Of a DNA stretch of 18,573 nucleotides, positions 1 through 7,949 are shown piece after piece. The notes under the pieces are model-generated. The model saw only the letters and a list, made by a program, of their open reading frames with translations. It was not told the origin of the DNA and ran no database searches. The stretch lies in NCBI GenBank assembly GCA_027492205.1, contig JAOZFN010000004.1:1-18573 (forward strand). Reading direction: 5' to 3'. Both the position numbers and the translations under genes were made by a program. Source of the DNA: Thermoproteota archaeon (GTDB lineage Archaea; Korarchaeota; Korarchaeia; Korarchaeales; Korarchaeaceae). Positions within the stretch are counted from its first letter, which is position 1; every line of letters begins with the position of its first letter.

Positions 1-1
1 C

Positions 2-889
2 GAGAAAGGCGGGGAGGTGGAGCTGAGAAACCTGAGCTCGATTCTGAGAAATCTCCTCAGGTTTAATAGGATCGAGGACCCATTCTTCATGTTCTCAGTC
101 GACGAGCCAGCCTCGATAAGACTCGACCTCGACGGCGCCCTAGAGGTCGAGTACTCTTACGAGCCAGAGGTCCTCTGGATCTCCTACGGGCCGATCCGTG
201 GTAAGATTGAGAGGGTATTTTCGGTCAGGAAACGGAGAGGAACGCTTTCCGTCAGCCTCGGCAGATACGCACTCTTAATGGCCGACGAGCTTCTTAAGAC
301 CCTGTCGAGGGTCAAGTTCTACAGGTTCTCCAGCCCCAAGAGATCCGTCAGCTGGGGCAAGGAGCTCCTGCCCCCGGCCGGTGAGAACCTCATTCACCTG
401 CTGAGCATCAGGGGAAGTTTGAGGGAAGTCGTGTCGTCGATCCTGTCCGACGTCGGGCTGAAGCTCAGCCTGGAGAGACCGACGGGGCGGGTTAAGTTCG
501 TCAGACAGCTGGAGACGGGCGAGCTGCTCGAGGTGCCCTGGCACCTGCTCTCGGACACCGTCAGGAGGATGATCTTCTTCCTGGCGGCCATGGAGACGAA
601 CGAGAACTCCTTCATACTGCTGGAGGAGCCAGAGGCCCACGCCTTCCCCTACTACACGAAGTTCCTGGCCGAGAGGCTGGCGATGGACAGGTCCAACTCC
701 TACCTGATAACCACGCACAACCCGTACTTCCTCGAGACCCTCGTGGACAAGGTCCCCGACGAAGACCTGACCGTGTACGTGGCCAAGAGCGAGGGGGGCG
801 TGAGCAGGTACTCGCGCGTGGAGGTCTCTGAGATCAGGGACATGATAGTGGAGGGGGCCGACGTCTTCTTGGAGCTGGGGGCTCGATGA
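2..889 (+). CDS. ABC-type (AAA_21/AAA_15-like) ATPase, 5'-truncated by the window edge
   Basis: Frame is open from base 2. Degenerate signature LSDTVRR, Walker B/D-loop ILLEEPEAH and H-loop ITTHNPY are present. Walker A is absent, so it lies upstream of the window. Confidence 0.85.
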   Translation, partial: EKGGEVELRNLSSILRNLLRFNRIEDPFFMFSVDEPASIRLDLDGALEVEYSYEPEVLWISYGPIRGKIERVFSVRKRRGTLSVSLGRYALLMADELLKTLSRVKFYRFSSPKRSVSWGKELLPPAGENLIHLLSIRGSLREVVSSILSDVGLKLSLERPTGRVKFVRQLETGELLEVPWHLLSDTVRRMIFFLAAMETNENSFILLEEPEAHAFPYYTKFLAERLAMDRSNSYLITTHNPYFLETLVDKVPDEDLTVYVAKSEGGVSRYSRVEVSEIRDMIVEGADVFLELGAR

Positions 890-1347
890 TCTGGGTGGAG
901 TGCTACCCGGACAAGGTGCTCCTGGATGTCTTGGGCTATGAGGCGAGGCACCCGAAGCACGGAGGGAAGGGGAGGGTCGTATGGAGGGCGTCTGGGGGAG
1001 GCCTCGGCCTCGTCGACTTGGACCACGAGGGTACCATATCGAGCGCGTGCGTCGTGGACGAGGAGAGGTCGAGGCCCGACAGCGGCGTGTGGGTCTTCAG
1101 GTGCGGGAGCGGCTGGGTCGTGGCCTTGGAGAATAGGCTGGAGGAATTCTTGGTGGCGGCGGCCCGGGAGTCTGGAATCAGTCTGGAGGATTACGGCCTG
1201 AGCAGCGACCCGAAGAGGCTCCACAGCCAGATCAGCAGGGTGCACCCTCCCCCCGGGTACAGGAGATGCTTGGAGGATCTATTGGAGAGGGGTGGCGGGA
1301 GGGTAAGGGTCCTCGCAGAGATCTTAAGGGATCTGGCCGGAATGTAG
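886..1347 (+). CDS. Small TOPRIM-like protein, partner of the ATPase
   Basis: ATGA overlap with the ATPase stop. N-terminal IWVECYPD (conserved E...D), glycine-rich GGKGRV and LVDLD (DxD) match the TOPRIM acidic motifs. Confidence 0.65.
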   Translation: MIWVECYPDKVLLDVLGYEARHPKHGGKGRVVWRASGGGLGLVDLDHEGTISSACVVDEERSRPDSGVWVFRCGSGWVVALENRLEEFLVAAARESGISLEDYGLSSDPKRLHSQISRVHPPPGYRRCLEDLLERGGGRVRVLAEILRDLAGM

Positions 1348-1410
1348 TCGCCTGGCGATCTGGGAGAGGTTCAGGTCGGCGGGCGCGCCCGGCTCGGTGC
1401 CCCTCCAACC

Positions 1411-1417
1411 TTTTAAG
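1411..1417 (+). promoter_or_regulatory. TATA-like box for the abrB-vapC pair
   Basis: TTTTAAG in GC-rich DNA, about 30 bp upstream of ATG 1446. Confidence 0.5.
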
Positions 1418-1445
1418 GCCCCTCTTGTGGGAGATGGGATGGGGG

Positions 1446-1693
1446 ATGGGAGTGGGAGAGCGTGTGAAGATCGACGAGAGGCGGAGGATCGTCATCCCAA
1501 AGAAGTTCAGGGGAGGGCTGAGGACGGGCGACTCCCTGATAGTTGAGAGGAGGGGGACGTCCTCTTGGTGAGGAAGGAGGGCAGGGAAGAGCTGGTAAGG
1601 AGGTTCAAGGAGATAAGACTCAAGGCGGGGGAGGGCAGGGGGAGTTGGAACGCCGAGAAGGGAAAGCACAGATACGGCGGTGTTAGAGAGTGA
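1446..1693 (+). pseudogene. vapB: AbrB/MazE/SpoVT-type antitoxin, frameshifted at the G5 run (1552-1556)
   Basis: MGVGERVKIDERRRIVIPKKFRGGLRTGDSL is an AbrB signature. Adding one G gives ERRGDVLLVRKEGREELVRRFKEIRLK...GVRE*, whose TGA (1691-1693) overlaps the vapC GTG. Confidence 0.8.
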
Positions 1694-2127
1694 GGATAGT
1701 GGACGCCGACATCCTGTCCTACGCCCTGCTGGAGGACCACATAGCGACGCCCTACGCCGAGCCCATCATTCTGAGGGGCCTCAGAGGGGAGCTGGAGCTG
1801 AACGTGGCGGGTACTACGATGCTTGAGACCTACAACACCCTGTATTGGTACTACCGGGTGAGACCGAGGCGGAGGATCTTGGAAAAGCTGGAGGTGATCG
1901 CCGAGGGCCTGAACGTCGTAAACGTGCAGGTGGACTTGGGAGTGAGAATAGCCAGGGAGGAGAACGTCCCGCTGGGCGACGGTTTACTCGTGACCACGGC
2001 GGTGGAGCATGGGATCCCCGTGATAGTATCCAACGACAGGCACGTCAGGAGACTCGCTGAAAAATATGGCCCCATATTCGAGGATCCGATCCCGGAGTCG
2101 GTGAGGAGATCCATGGGGGCGCCGTGA
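1690..2127 (+). CDS. vapC: PIN-domain VapC-type ribonuclease toxin
   Basis: IVDAD, MLETY, LGDGL and SNDRH give the four acidic PIN residues. 145 aa, directly after an AbrB gene. Confidence 0.88.
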   Translation: MRIVDADILSYALLEDHIATPYAEPIILRGLRGELELNVAGTTMLETYNTLYWYYRVRPRRRILEKLEVIAEGLNVVNVQVDLGVRIAREENVPLGDGLLVTTAVEHGIPVIVSNDRHVRRLAEKYGPIFEDPIPESVRRSMGAP

Positions 2128-2135
2128 GAGGAGGT

Positions 2136-2216
2136 CACCCCTGGGGGTTTAACTTCAACTCCAAGAGGGCCCAGCCGGTTGGAGGTTTCGCCGCCGCGCG
2201 AAGCTGACCAGGGGTG
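2136..2216. repeat. Nested inverted repeats (possible branched RNA or terminator) between convergent genes
   Basis: CACCCCTGG (2136-2144) pairs with CCAGGGGTG (2208-2216), enclosing CTCCAA/TTGGAG and GTTTCGC/GCGAAGC stems. Confidence 0.45.
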
Positions 2217-2315
2217 CGGGCTGGTTCTCCCCGATCAGAAACCTGAGCTCACTCAAGGAGCGCGTCCACAAGCCGAATGGATCCTACCCCGAGTGCAAGG
2301 AGAGGGGCTTTCCCG

Positions 2316-2690
2316 TCAACCCCCAACCTCCCACTCACTGATCAGCCTCTCGGCAACTTGACAGGCCCACTTTAGCTCCCCTATCTTGAACTCTCTATTC
2401 AGAACATAATCCGCATCGTTCCTACCCTTCCTCAGATCCGCAAGCTTTTGTCCAGTTATCGGATCGAGCCTTTCGATGACCTTCTTGTGTACATCCGGTC
2501 TCTCGTACCCCTCTAGGCCGACCTTCCGCCTGGCTACAAGGAATGCGGCGTAGTACGCCCGGCTTATTCCCGTTCGAATCCAGCACTCTCTCAGTCCCTC
2601 GCCCTCCATGTCAAGGGCCCTCTCCCCCTCCTCGAGGGCCTTAAGAATCCTCCGGGAAATCGTGAGGAACCCCTTAGGGACTTGCCTCAC
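2316..2690 (-). CDS. HEPN-domain protein (UPF0332-like)
   Basis: Motifs RTGISRAYYAAF, H in PDVHKKVI, and LRKGRNDADY (RxxADY). 124 aa, helical. Confidence 0.85.
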   Translation of the reverse strand: MRQVPKGFLTISRRILKALEEGERALDMEGEGLRECWIRTGISRAYYAAFLVARRKVGLEGYERPDVHKKVIERLDPITGQKLADLRKGRNDADYVLNREFKIGELKWACQVAERLISEWEVGG

Positions 2691-2691
2691 C

Positions 2692-3246
2692 CTACCTCAG
2701 CCTCGGCCTGACAGAGATGTAGATCCTCTTGCTGTCCCCCTCCCCGAACGCTTCGCTGGCCATTTCGATTAGCCTGTTCCAGGTGGCGTCGAGTTCGTCG
2801 AAGTCGGTGGTGTCCAGCTCGAATCTGATGACGGGCGCGCGCCACCCCTCAACCTCTGGGTCTTCAAACGCCTCTATAGACACAGAATGAGTCTTCTCAG
2901 GGAGCATTTCCCTGGCCCTCCTGATCAGCCTGGAGGTGCCCCTGAGGAACGTGCCCAGATTCAACTCTCCCGATCGGGCCATCCTCTCGATGAGATCCTC
3001 TGCCTCGGGCTTGATCCTCATGTGAAGTTCGGAAGAGAGCCTTTCAAGCGAACTTCTAACGGGCGTCACAGATATCTCGTGCATCGCCCGCTGAGTTTGG
3101 ACCACAAAGGAGATGGGAGGCAGAGAGATCTGCAGATGGGAGACGGTGACCCCTCCCCCCACGGGATATAGGATGCTAGACGAGCAGGTCAATTCAGGGT
3201 ACGTCGGCCCCGTCAGGCTCATCGAGGATAGGCTCTCTGAGGCCAT
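2692..3246 (-). CDS. Hypothetical protein, candidate antitoxin for the HEPN gene
   Basis: Stop lies 1 bp before the HEPN start. Ser/Thr/Pro-rich N-terminus of about 60 aa, then an alpha/beta domain with IEAFEDPE...APVIRF. Confidence 0.65.
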   Translation of the reverse strand: MASESLSSMSLTGPTYPELTCSSSILYPVGGGVTVSHLQISLPPISFVVQTQRAMHEISVTPVRSSLERLSSELHMRIKPEAEDLIERMARSGELNLGTFLRGTSRLIRRAREMLPEKTHSVSIEAFEDPEVEGWRAPVIRFELDTTDFDELDATWNRLIEMASEAFGEGDSKRIYISVRPRLR

Positions 3247-3248
3247 CC

Positions 3249-3719
3249 CTACTTACTCCCTCCCCTCTCCTCCTTTATGCGGGACACTACTGTACTAAAA
3301 ACCTGGTAAATCGGATATCCCAGCTGATCGTAATATCCTTTTACTTTTAGCACCCTTATTATTACAGGTTTTATCTCAAAAATGTAAGTCCCGCCAGCGA
3401 CGTTCACTCTGTAGGAGCTCCATCTCTCCTCCACAACCTTGTCCACCTCCACTTCTTGCTTGATCTCCTCAGGCAGGCTATCTAGCGGTTTTTCAGGCGG
3501 CCTGGGCTCCTTTCTCTCTTGGGAACGGACGCCAATCACGGTTTGTGTCCCTGGAATCAGCTTGGGGGGTTTCGTATCCTCCAAGAGGAGGAGCTTGACG
3601 AGGACTGGCTTAAAACTTAGAATTGCACCATCCCTCAGCCTATACCTAGACCAGCTTTCTCTGATCACCTCAAAATCGACTTCGGGCAAGTTGTGTAAGG
3701 GGATCTTAGGGGCCTGCAT
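3249..3719 (-). CDS. Hypothetical protein with an internally duplicated beta-rich domain
   Basis: EVDFEVIRESWSRYRL...FKPVLVKL aligns with EVEVDKVVEERWSSYRV...IKPVIIRV. First gene of the operon, with a TATA-like box at 3742-3748 (minus) and a 2-bp gap to the next gene. Confidence 0.75.
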   Translation of the reverse strand: MQAPKIPLHNLPEVDFEVIRESWSRYRLRDGAILSFKPVLVKLLLLEDTKPPKLIPGTQTVIGVRSQERKEPRPPEKPLDSLPEEIKQEVEVDKVVEERWSSYRVNVAGGTYIFEIKPVIIRVLKVKGYYDQLGYPIYQVFSTVVSRIKEERGGSK

Positions 3720-3951
3720 TCGAGCTGATCAGACACCCATTCTTAAATTCGCTTTTCCCACTGATCGGTTCAGATCTGTTTGGGGGACGACTACTGAGAG
3801 GGGACGGTACCTGCCACGGCGGGGATGTCTGAACCCCACCCACGCGGTGATATCATGCTGATTGTATAGTTGGGAGATGTCTGGCAATTGTAGAGAAGCG
3901 TCAAGCTCCCTCAGCGAAGCGCCAGGTCAGGTCGGTTATGGAAAAAGCGTC

Positions 3952-3990
3952 AGATCAGGTTTTAAGACCCTGGCCTTAAAACCCTGATCT
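3952..3990. repeat. 15-bp inverted repeat with one bulge and an 8-nt loop
   Basis: AGATCAGGTTTTAAG-accctggc-CTTAAAACCCTGATCT. Confidence 0.75.
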
Positions 3991-4270
3991 CGAGGATCGA
4001 GTCCGCCGTCGGCGTCAGGGTCGATCCGAAGAATTACCGGAAGGTGTTCGAGATCCTTTACCTGGGCATCGGTCTGGCGACAGGGTCTTCTGGGAGATCA
4101 AGGGCGAACTCGCCAAGGAGGGGATCAAGATCGTCCGTATGACGGAATTGCTCCCGTGCATATTCCCAGAGGTTAAGAGTAAGGTCATGACCTGGGAGGG
4201 TTACAGGACCCTCCCTGAGAGTTAGTACACTCTCAGGGTGATCGAGTACTTCGTGGCCGAGCAGGAAAAC
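3981..4270 (+). pseudogene. Degraded gene remnant, family uncertain
   Basis: Host-like codons: TLISRIESAVGVRVDPKNYRKVFEILYLG, a frameshift near 4075, then DRVFWEIKGELAKEGIKIVRMTELL...TLPES*YTLRVIEYF with an in-frame TAG at 4223. Confidence 0.45.
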
Positions 4271-4285
4271 AATATCACAGTAGCC

Positions 4286-4326
4286 AAAAGTTAATATAAA
4301 AGTTAAACACTATCTAGTATAGGTGA
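4286..4326 (+). promoter_or_regulatory. TATA box flanked by an AAAAGTTAA direct repeat, plus AGGTGA RBS
   Basis: AAAAGTTAA-TAT-AAAAGTTAA (4286-4306). AGGTGA at 4321-4326 lies 7 nt before ATG 4334. Confidence 0.6.
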
Positions 4327-4333
4327 CGGGCTT

Positions 4334-4603
4334 ATGGGAAAGAAGAAGTCTGCAGGCATATTGGGTACTCTGTTATCTGAGTTAGGAGGAAGCGCTGTGG
4401 GTTATCCCAGGGTAACGGAGTCTAAGAGCGATTCCACTGGATATGCCATATCAACAAAGATATTTACGGGAGGTTCTAGAGAGGATACTATACGGGAAAT
4501 ATACGTTAGAACTGGTGGGAGTGGTGAGCTCCATAGGGTCGCTGTTGATGAAGTACCCTTGGAAAAAGCACTAAAAGACAGGGAGAGGTCCCGCAGACGT
4601 TAG
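4334..4603 (+). CDS. Small low-GC hypothetical protein (89 aa)
   Basis: ATG with RBS and TATA upstream and a pyrimidine tract downstream. Codon use is AT-rich, unlike its neighbours. Confidence 0.6.
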   Translation: MGKKKSAGILGTLLSELGGSAVGYPRVTESKSDSTGYAISTKIFTGGSREDTIREIYVRTGGSGELHRVAVDEVPLEKALKDRERSRRR

Positions 4604-4666
4604 TCTTCGAAGGTTAGGTAGAAAGTAAGTATAAGTATATTAAGAAGTATATATATGGAGCAGAAG

Positions 4667-4689
4667 TCTCTTTTTCTCTCTTATTCCTT
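4667..4689 (+). terminator. T-rich archaeal terminator-like tract
   Basis: TCTCTTTTTCTCTCTTATTCCTT downstream of the 89-aa ORF. Confidence 0.35.
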
Positions 4690-4729
4690 CGCCGACGGGG
4701 AAGTCCCAACTCACAGTGGTGAGGGCGGC

Positions 4730-5724
4730 ATCTTCACAACCTCACGCTCAACTGCCTGAGTGCCCTCATGCTTATGCATGATAACCAAGTACACCTCCTC
4801 CGCATGGGGTGTATTACCCCGGGATACCGGAACTTCCAAGAAACAGGGAGTTCTTCACAGCCCTCCTCGCGATGAACCTCAGGCTGTTCCTGGCGCAGAC
4901 TGGGCATGCCTTGTATGACTTCCTCGAGGCTGTACTCATACTCAACGAGGGAAAGGGGTTCTACAAGCGGCCCCTCTTCAGGGGGGATGTCGTGAAAATG
5001 GGATGTGACGAGTTCCAGGTCTTGTGGCCCCCAAGGAAGGTCAGGGACGACTAATGCTCAGAAGCGTCAAGAGGTCTCTGGAAAAATACAGGAGGGCTAT
5101 AGATGAGGACCCAGTCCTCAGGGAGATTGACGGGATCGTGAGGGAATCAGGGGTCTTCGACCGGCTGCTGTCTCCCTCAGAGATGGTGGAGCCTCGATCC
5201 GAATCTTCTGCGCCCCTTACCGCGTGGAACTCCGGATTTCTTGAAGGTAGACTACCCAAGGCCATGAGAGAGGCAAACAGAGCCCTCAAGAAAAGCGCTA
5301 ATTGCCTCAGCCTCGCGCTGCGGTCGGATGGGAGGTTCCTCTTTCTGGGGGATCTCGAGAAAGAGGAGATCGAGAGAGTGGTACAAGACCTAAAGAATGA
5401 GGAAAAACCGAGTTTGAGGTCCTAGTTGCCCCACACCACGGCACACACTGGCACGACAGCCTCCTCAGCCTTCGCATCGGGTACACCCTGGTGTCGGTGG
5501 GACCTCTCCTCTGCAGGGGCGTCAAGAGGGGATTCGCTAAGATCTCACGCGCGGTCCTTACAACCCACATCTTGGGCGACCTTGGAGTCCCGATCGGCCT
5601 ACTCGACCGGGTTCTCTCGTTAAGGTGTCTGAAGAGAGAGTTTCGAGCCTACTTGATATTCCTCGCGCTGCTGAATGGCTCTGTTCCCTGCAAGCTGGTG
5701 CGAGAGATAGCGCTCTCTCCATAG
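4730..5724 (+). pseudogene. ComEC/Rec2-like metallo-beta-lactamase-fold hydrolase pseudogene
   Basis: Three frames join: FQVLWPP (4809-5054), ANCLSLAL..FLFLGDLE (to about 5408), then EFEVLVAPHHG...TTHILGD (5410-5724). Frameshifts near 5052 and at the A5 run near 5403. No intact HxHxDH motif upstream; the 5' boundary is approximate. Confidence 0.75.
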
Positions 5725-5754
5725 ACCTTCAGCCCGCTCACGGCCCATCTTGGA

Positions 5755-6639
5755 TCACCCGCCCGGCCTCTGCATCTCCACCATGACGCTCCACTCCCGA
5801 ACGTTCGCACACAAGATCTTCAGGTAGACCTCCTCCGCGTCGTCGTACACGTAGAATACGCCGCTCCCGGTGTCAGCGTCCATCGAGTACACCAGATCCC
5901 CTCTGGAGTCGTAGACTGTTATCGAGAAGATCGAGTACTGGTTCTCGGGCGTTACTCGCCACTTCACCCTCCAGATCCGCGGGGTCTCAAACTTCTCCGT
6001 GGTCTTGTCGTTGGATCCGCTCCAGCTCTTGATCAGCTCCCAGCTGGCGTTCTTGAACACAGAGCCGAACGGCTCCTCGTCCTCCGGGAGCTCCTCCTCC
6101 ACCTCCACGTACCACTGGCAGTTCGCCGATGAGATGTCGAGGTAGTACATACCCGGCTCGTGGAAGTAGATGGTGTCCTCCCCGGGGTTGTCTATCATGT
6201 AGAGCTCGTAGGGGTAGACCAAGGGCGGCACTATCCTGTAGACGGCGATGCTTAGGATCGCGAACTCAGATCCCTGCATGCCCCACCTCAGCCTCCACGA
6301 GTCGGAAGTGATCAGGAAGGCCTCCGTCGCCACGTCCTTGCCAGCCAGGCCGTCCCACCTCAGCACGCGCTTCCAGACCATCTGGGGCGGCTGAGTGGTA
6401 GGCGGGCTCGTCGTGGGAGGGGCGGTGCTCGGCGGAGCCGTGGGTGCCCGGGTGGTCGGAGGCGGGGCCGGCTCTGTGGACGTCTCGGGCGGAGGCGTGG
6501 TCTGCGCGGGAGGGGCTGCCGTACCGGCGCCCTCTCCACTCCCTCCCCCGCCGCCGAAGATCCCGGCGACCACCACCGCCCCCAGGAACATCAGAAAAAG
6601 GAGCAACGCGACCTGTCCAAATCTACCCATGAGGCACAC
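5755..6639 (-). CDS. Membrane-anchored surface protein with a Pro/Thr-rich stalk and two tandem beta domains
   Basis: N-terminal hydrophobic helix, Gly run and PPTT-type repeats. Two similar domains of about 95 aa follow (W..V..W.G....TE.F....WR..W...SI.VY...YL.I..AN..W.V.VE). Confidence 0.8.
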   Translation of the reverse strand: MCLMGRFGQVALLLFLMFLGAVVVAGIFGGGGGSGEGAGTAAPPAQTTPPPETSTEPAPPPTTRAPTAPPSTAPPTTSPPTTQPPQMVWKRVLRWDGLAGKDVATEAFLITSDSWRLRWGMQGSEFAILSIAVYRIVPPLVYPYELYMIDNPGEDTIYFHEPGMYYLDISSANCQWYVEVEEELPEDEEPFGSVFKNASWELIKSWSGSNDKTTEKFETPRIWRVKWRVTPENQYSIFSITVYDSRGDLVYSMDADTGSGVFYVYDDAEEVYLKILCANVREWSVMVEMQRPGG

Positions 6640-6849
6640 CTGTCCCTGAAGAGAGGCGAGGGTCGTGGACGACTTGGCTTAAAAGTCCGTCGCGCAGAAT
6701 TTTCACAGGAGCCAGTTCCGCTGAAATACCTTCACGCAGGCAAAGTGAAGCGGCAGACCCCATCCAGTCGGAAGCCGCCCCACCGGGGCGTCGGACCCAT
6801 CACCGAAGGGGTCACGGGATCACCTCGCAGAGCCATCTTTCAGTAGAAC

Positions 6850-6856
6850 TTTTAAC
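6850..6856 (+). promoter_or_regulatory. TATA-like box, probably a leaderless transcript
   Basis: TTTTAAC about 23 bp upstream of ATG 6879. A divergent CTTTTAAG lies at 6678-6685 on the minus strand. Confidence 0.5.
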
Positions 6857-6878
6857 CAAACTGGACCGTGCGGGCTCG

Positions 6879-7949
6879 ATGGCAGACTGCCTGTACATCC
6901 CGGGGCACCCCGTAGCCGTCTGCTCCATGCCTCGCGCGACCGAGATACCCACGTTGGCCTCGGAGTTCGACGCCGCGCTGGTGCTCGCAGAGGAGGACGA
7001 ACTCAGGGGAAATTACGATCTGAGCGAGTGGGGCCGCCACGGGGTAGAGTACCTGCACCACCCGATCCCCGACTTCAGCTCGCCCGACCTACTGGAACTT
7101 CACGGGCTGGCCCGCTGGGTGGCGTCTAGGGTGTCCCAGGGGAAGAGGGTGCTCATCCACTGTCTCGGCGGATCGGGGAGGAGCGGTACGGTGGCCGCAG
7201 CGTACCTGATCGCCAGCGGGATGGTCTTTGAGGACGCCGTCGAGGCCGCGAGGTCGGCGAGAGTGGGGGCGATCGAAACCAACAGCCAGATGGCGATCCT
7301 CGAGGCTTACGACCTACTGCTGAGATCCCTGCCAGAACCGAAGCTCTCGAGCGTGGTATGCCATGGTAGGAAGTACAATTTCGGCAGGGGGAGGAAACAC
7401 GCGGCGAAGGTCGCCCAGCTGGCGATGAAGCTCTGGAAGCTGACCTCGAGGGAACTTGGCGTCAAGCCCGAGATGCCGCCCGCGCCGCTGACCGCAGGAT
7501 CGATCCTGCACGACATTGGAGTTTGCGCGGCTGGGGAGGACAGACACCACGAGAGTAGCTACCGAGAGATCCTGGAGAGTGACGAGCTGAGGTCAGCGCT
7601 CGGTGAGGTGGACCTCACGCTGACAGCTCTTGTGGCCCTCTTTCACAGGAAGAAGGGAGATCCGAGGAGCGACGAGAGGGTGCCGGATGATTGGATGGAT
7701 CTAGTGGCCAAGATGGCCGCTGTCGTCAGGATGGCGGACGCGCTGGACAGGACCCTGTGTCAGCTGGTGGACGGTGTGGGGCTGGACTGTCGGGGAGGCG
7801 AGTGTGTCTTAACGGTGTACTACAGCAAGAGGGAGCCAGAGGTGGAGCTGGCGAAGGCCAGGGAGAAGAGTAGACTGTTCGAGGAAGTCTTCGGGGTCAG
7901 GCTCAGCTTCAGGTCCGCTTACAAGCCGCGGGCCGACAGGTGGGCCTAG
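6879..7949 (+). CDS. Dual-specificity (CX5R) phosphatase fused to a Ppx/GppA-type HD domain
   Basis: HHPIPDFSSP, HCLGGSGRSG and IETNSQ form the PTP/DSP domain. HAAKVAQLA, LHDIG, HHESSY, FHRKK and RMADALDRT form the HD domain. Confidence 0.85.
   Translation: MADCLYIPGHPVAVCSMPRATEIPTLASEFDAALVLAEEDELRGNYDLSEWGRHGVEYLHHPIPDFSSPDLLELHGLARWVASRVSQGKRVLIHCLGGSGRSGTVAAAYLIASGMVFEDAVEAARSARVGAIETNSQMAILEAYDLLLRSLPEPKLSSVVCHGRKYNFGRGRKHAAKVAQLAMKLWKLTSRELGVKPEMPPAPLTAGSILHDIGVCAAGEDRHHESSYREILESDELRSALGEVDLTLTALVALFHRKKGDPRSDERVPDDWMDLVAKMAAVVRMADALDRTLCQLVDGVGLDCRGGECVLTVYYSKREPEVELAKAREKSRLFEEVFGVRLSFRSAYKPRADRWA

Noticed and set aside
3725-3778. CTGATCAG, CTGATCGG and CAGATCTG around the HEPN operon promoter
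   Set aside because: Short, and GATC-containing words are common throughout the window, so this is too weak to call an operator.
6370-6560. Repetitive GC-rich tract
   Set aside because: Explained by the Pro/Thr/Gly linker codons. Not a CRISPR array or a regular tandem repeat.
6600-6639. RFG-Q could be a class III (prepilin) signal cleavage site
   Set aside because: The -2 residue is Phe rather than Lys/Arg and there is no Glu at +5.
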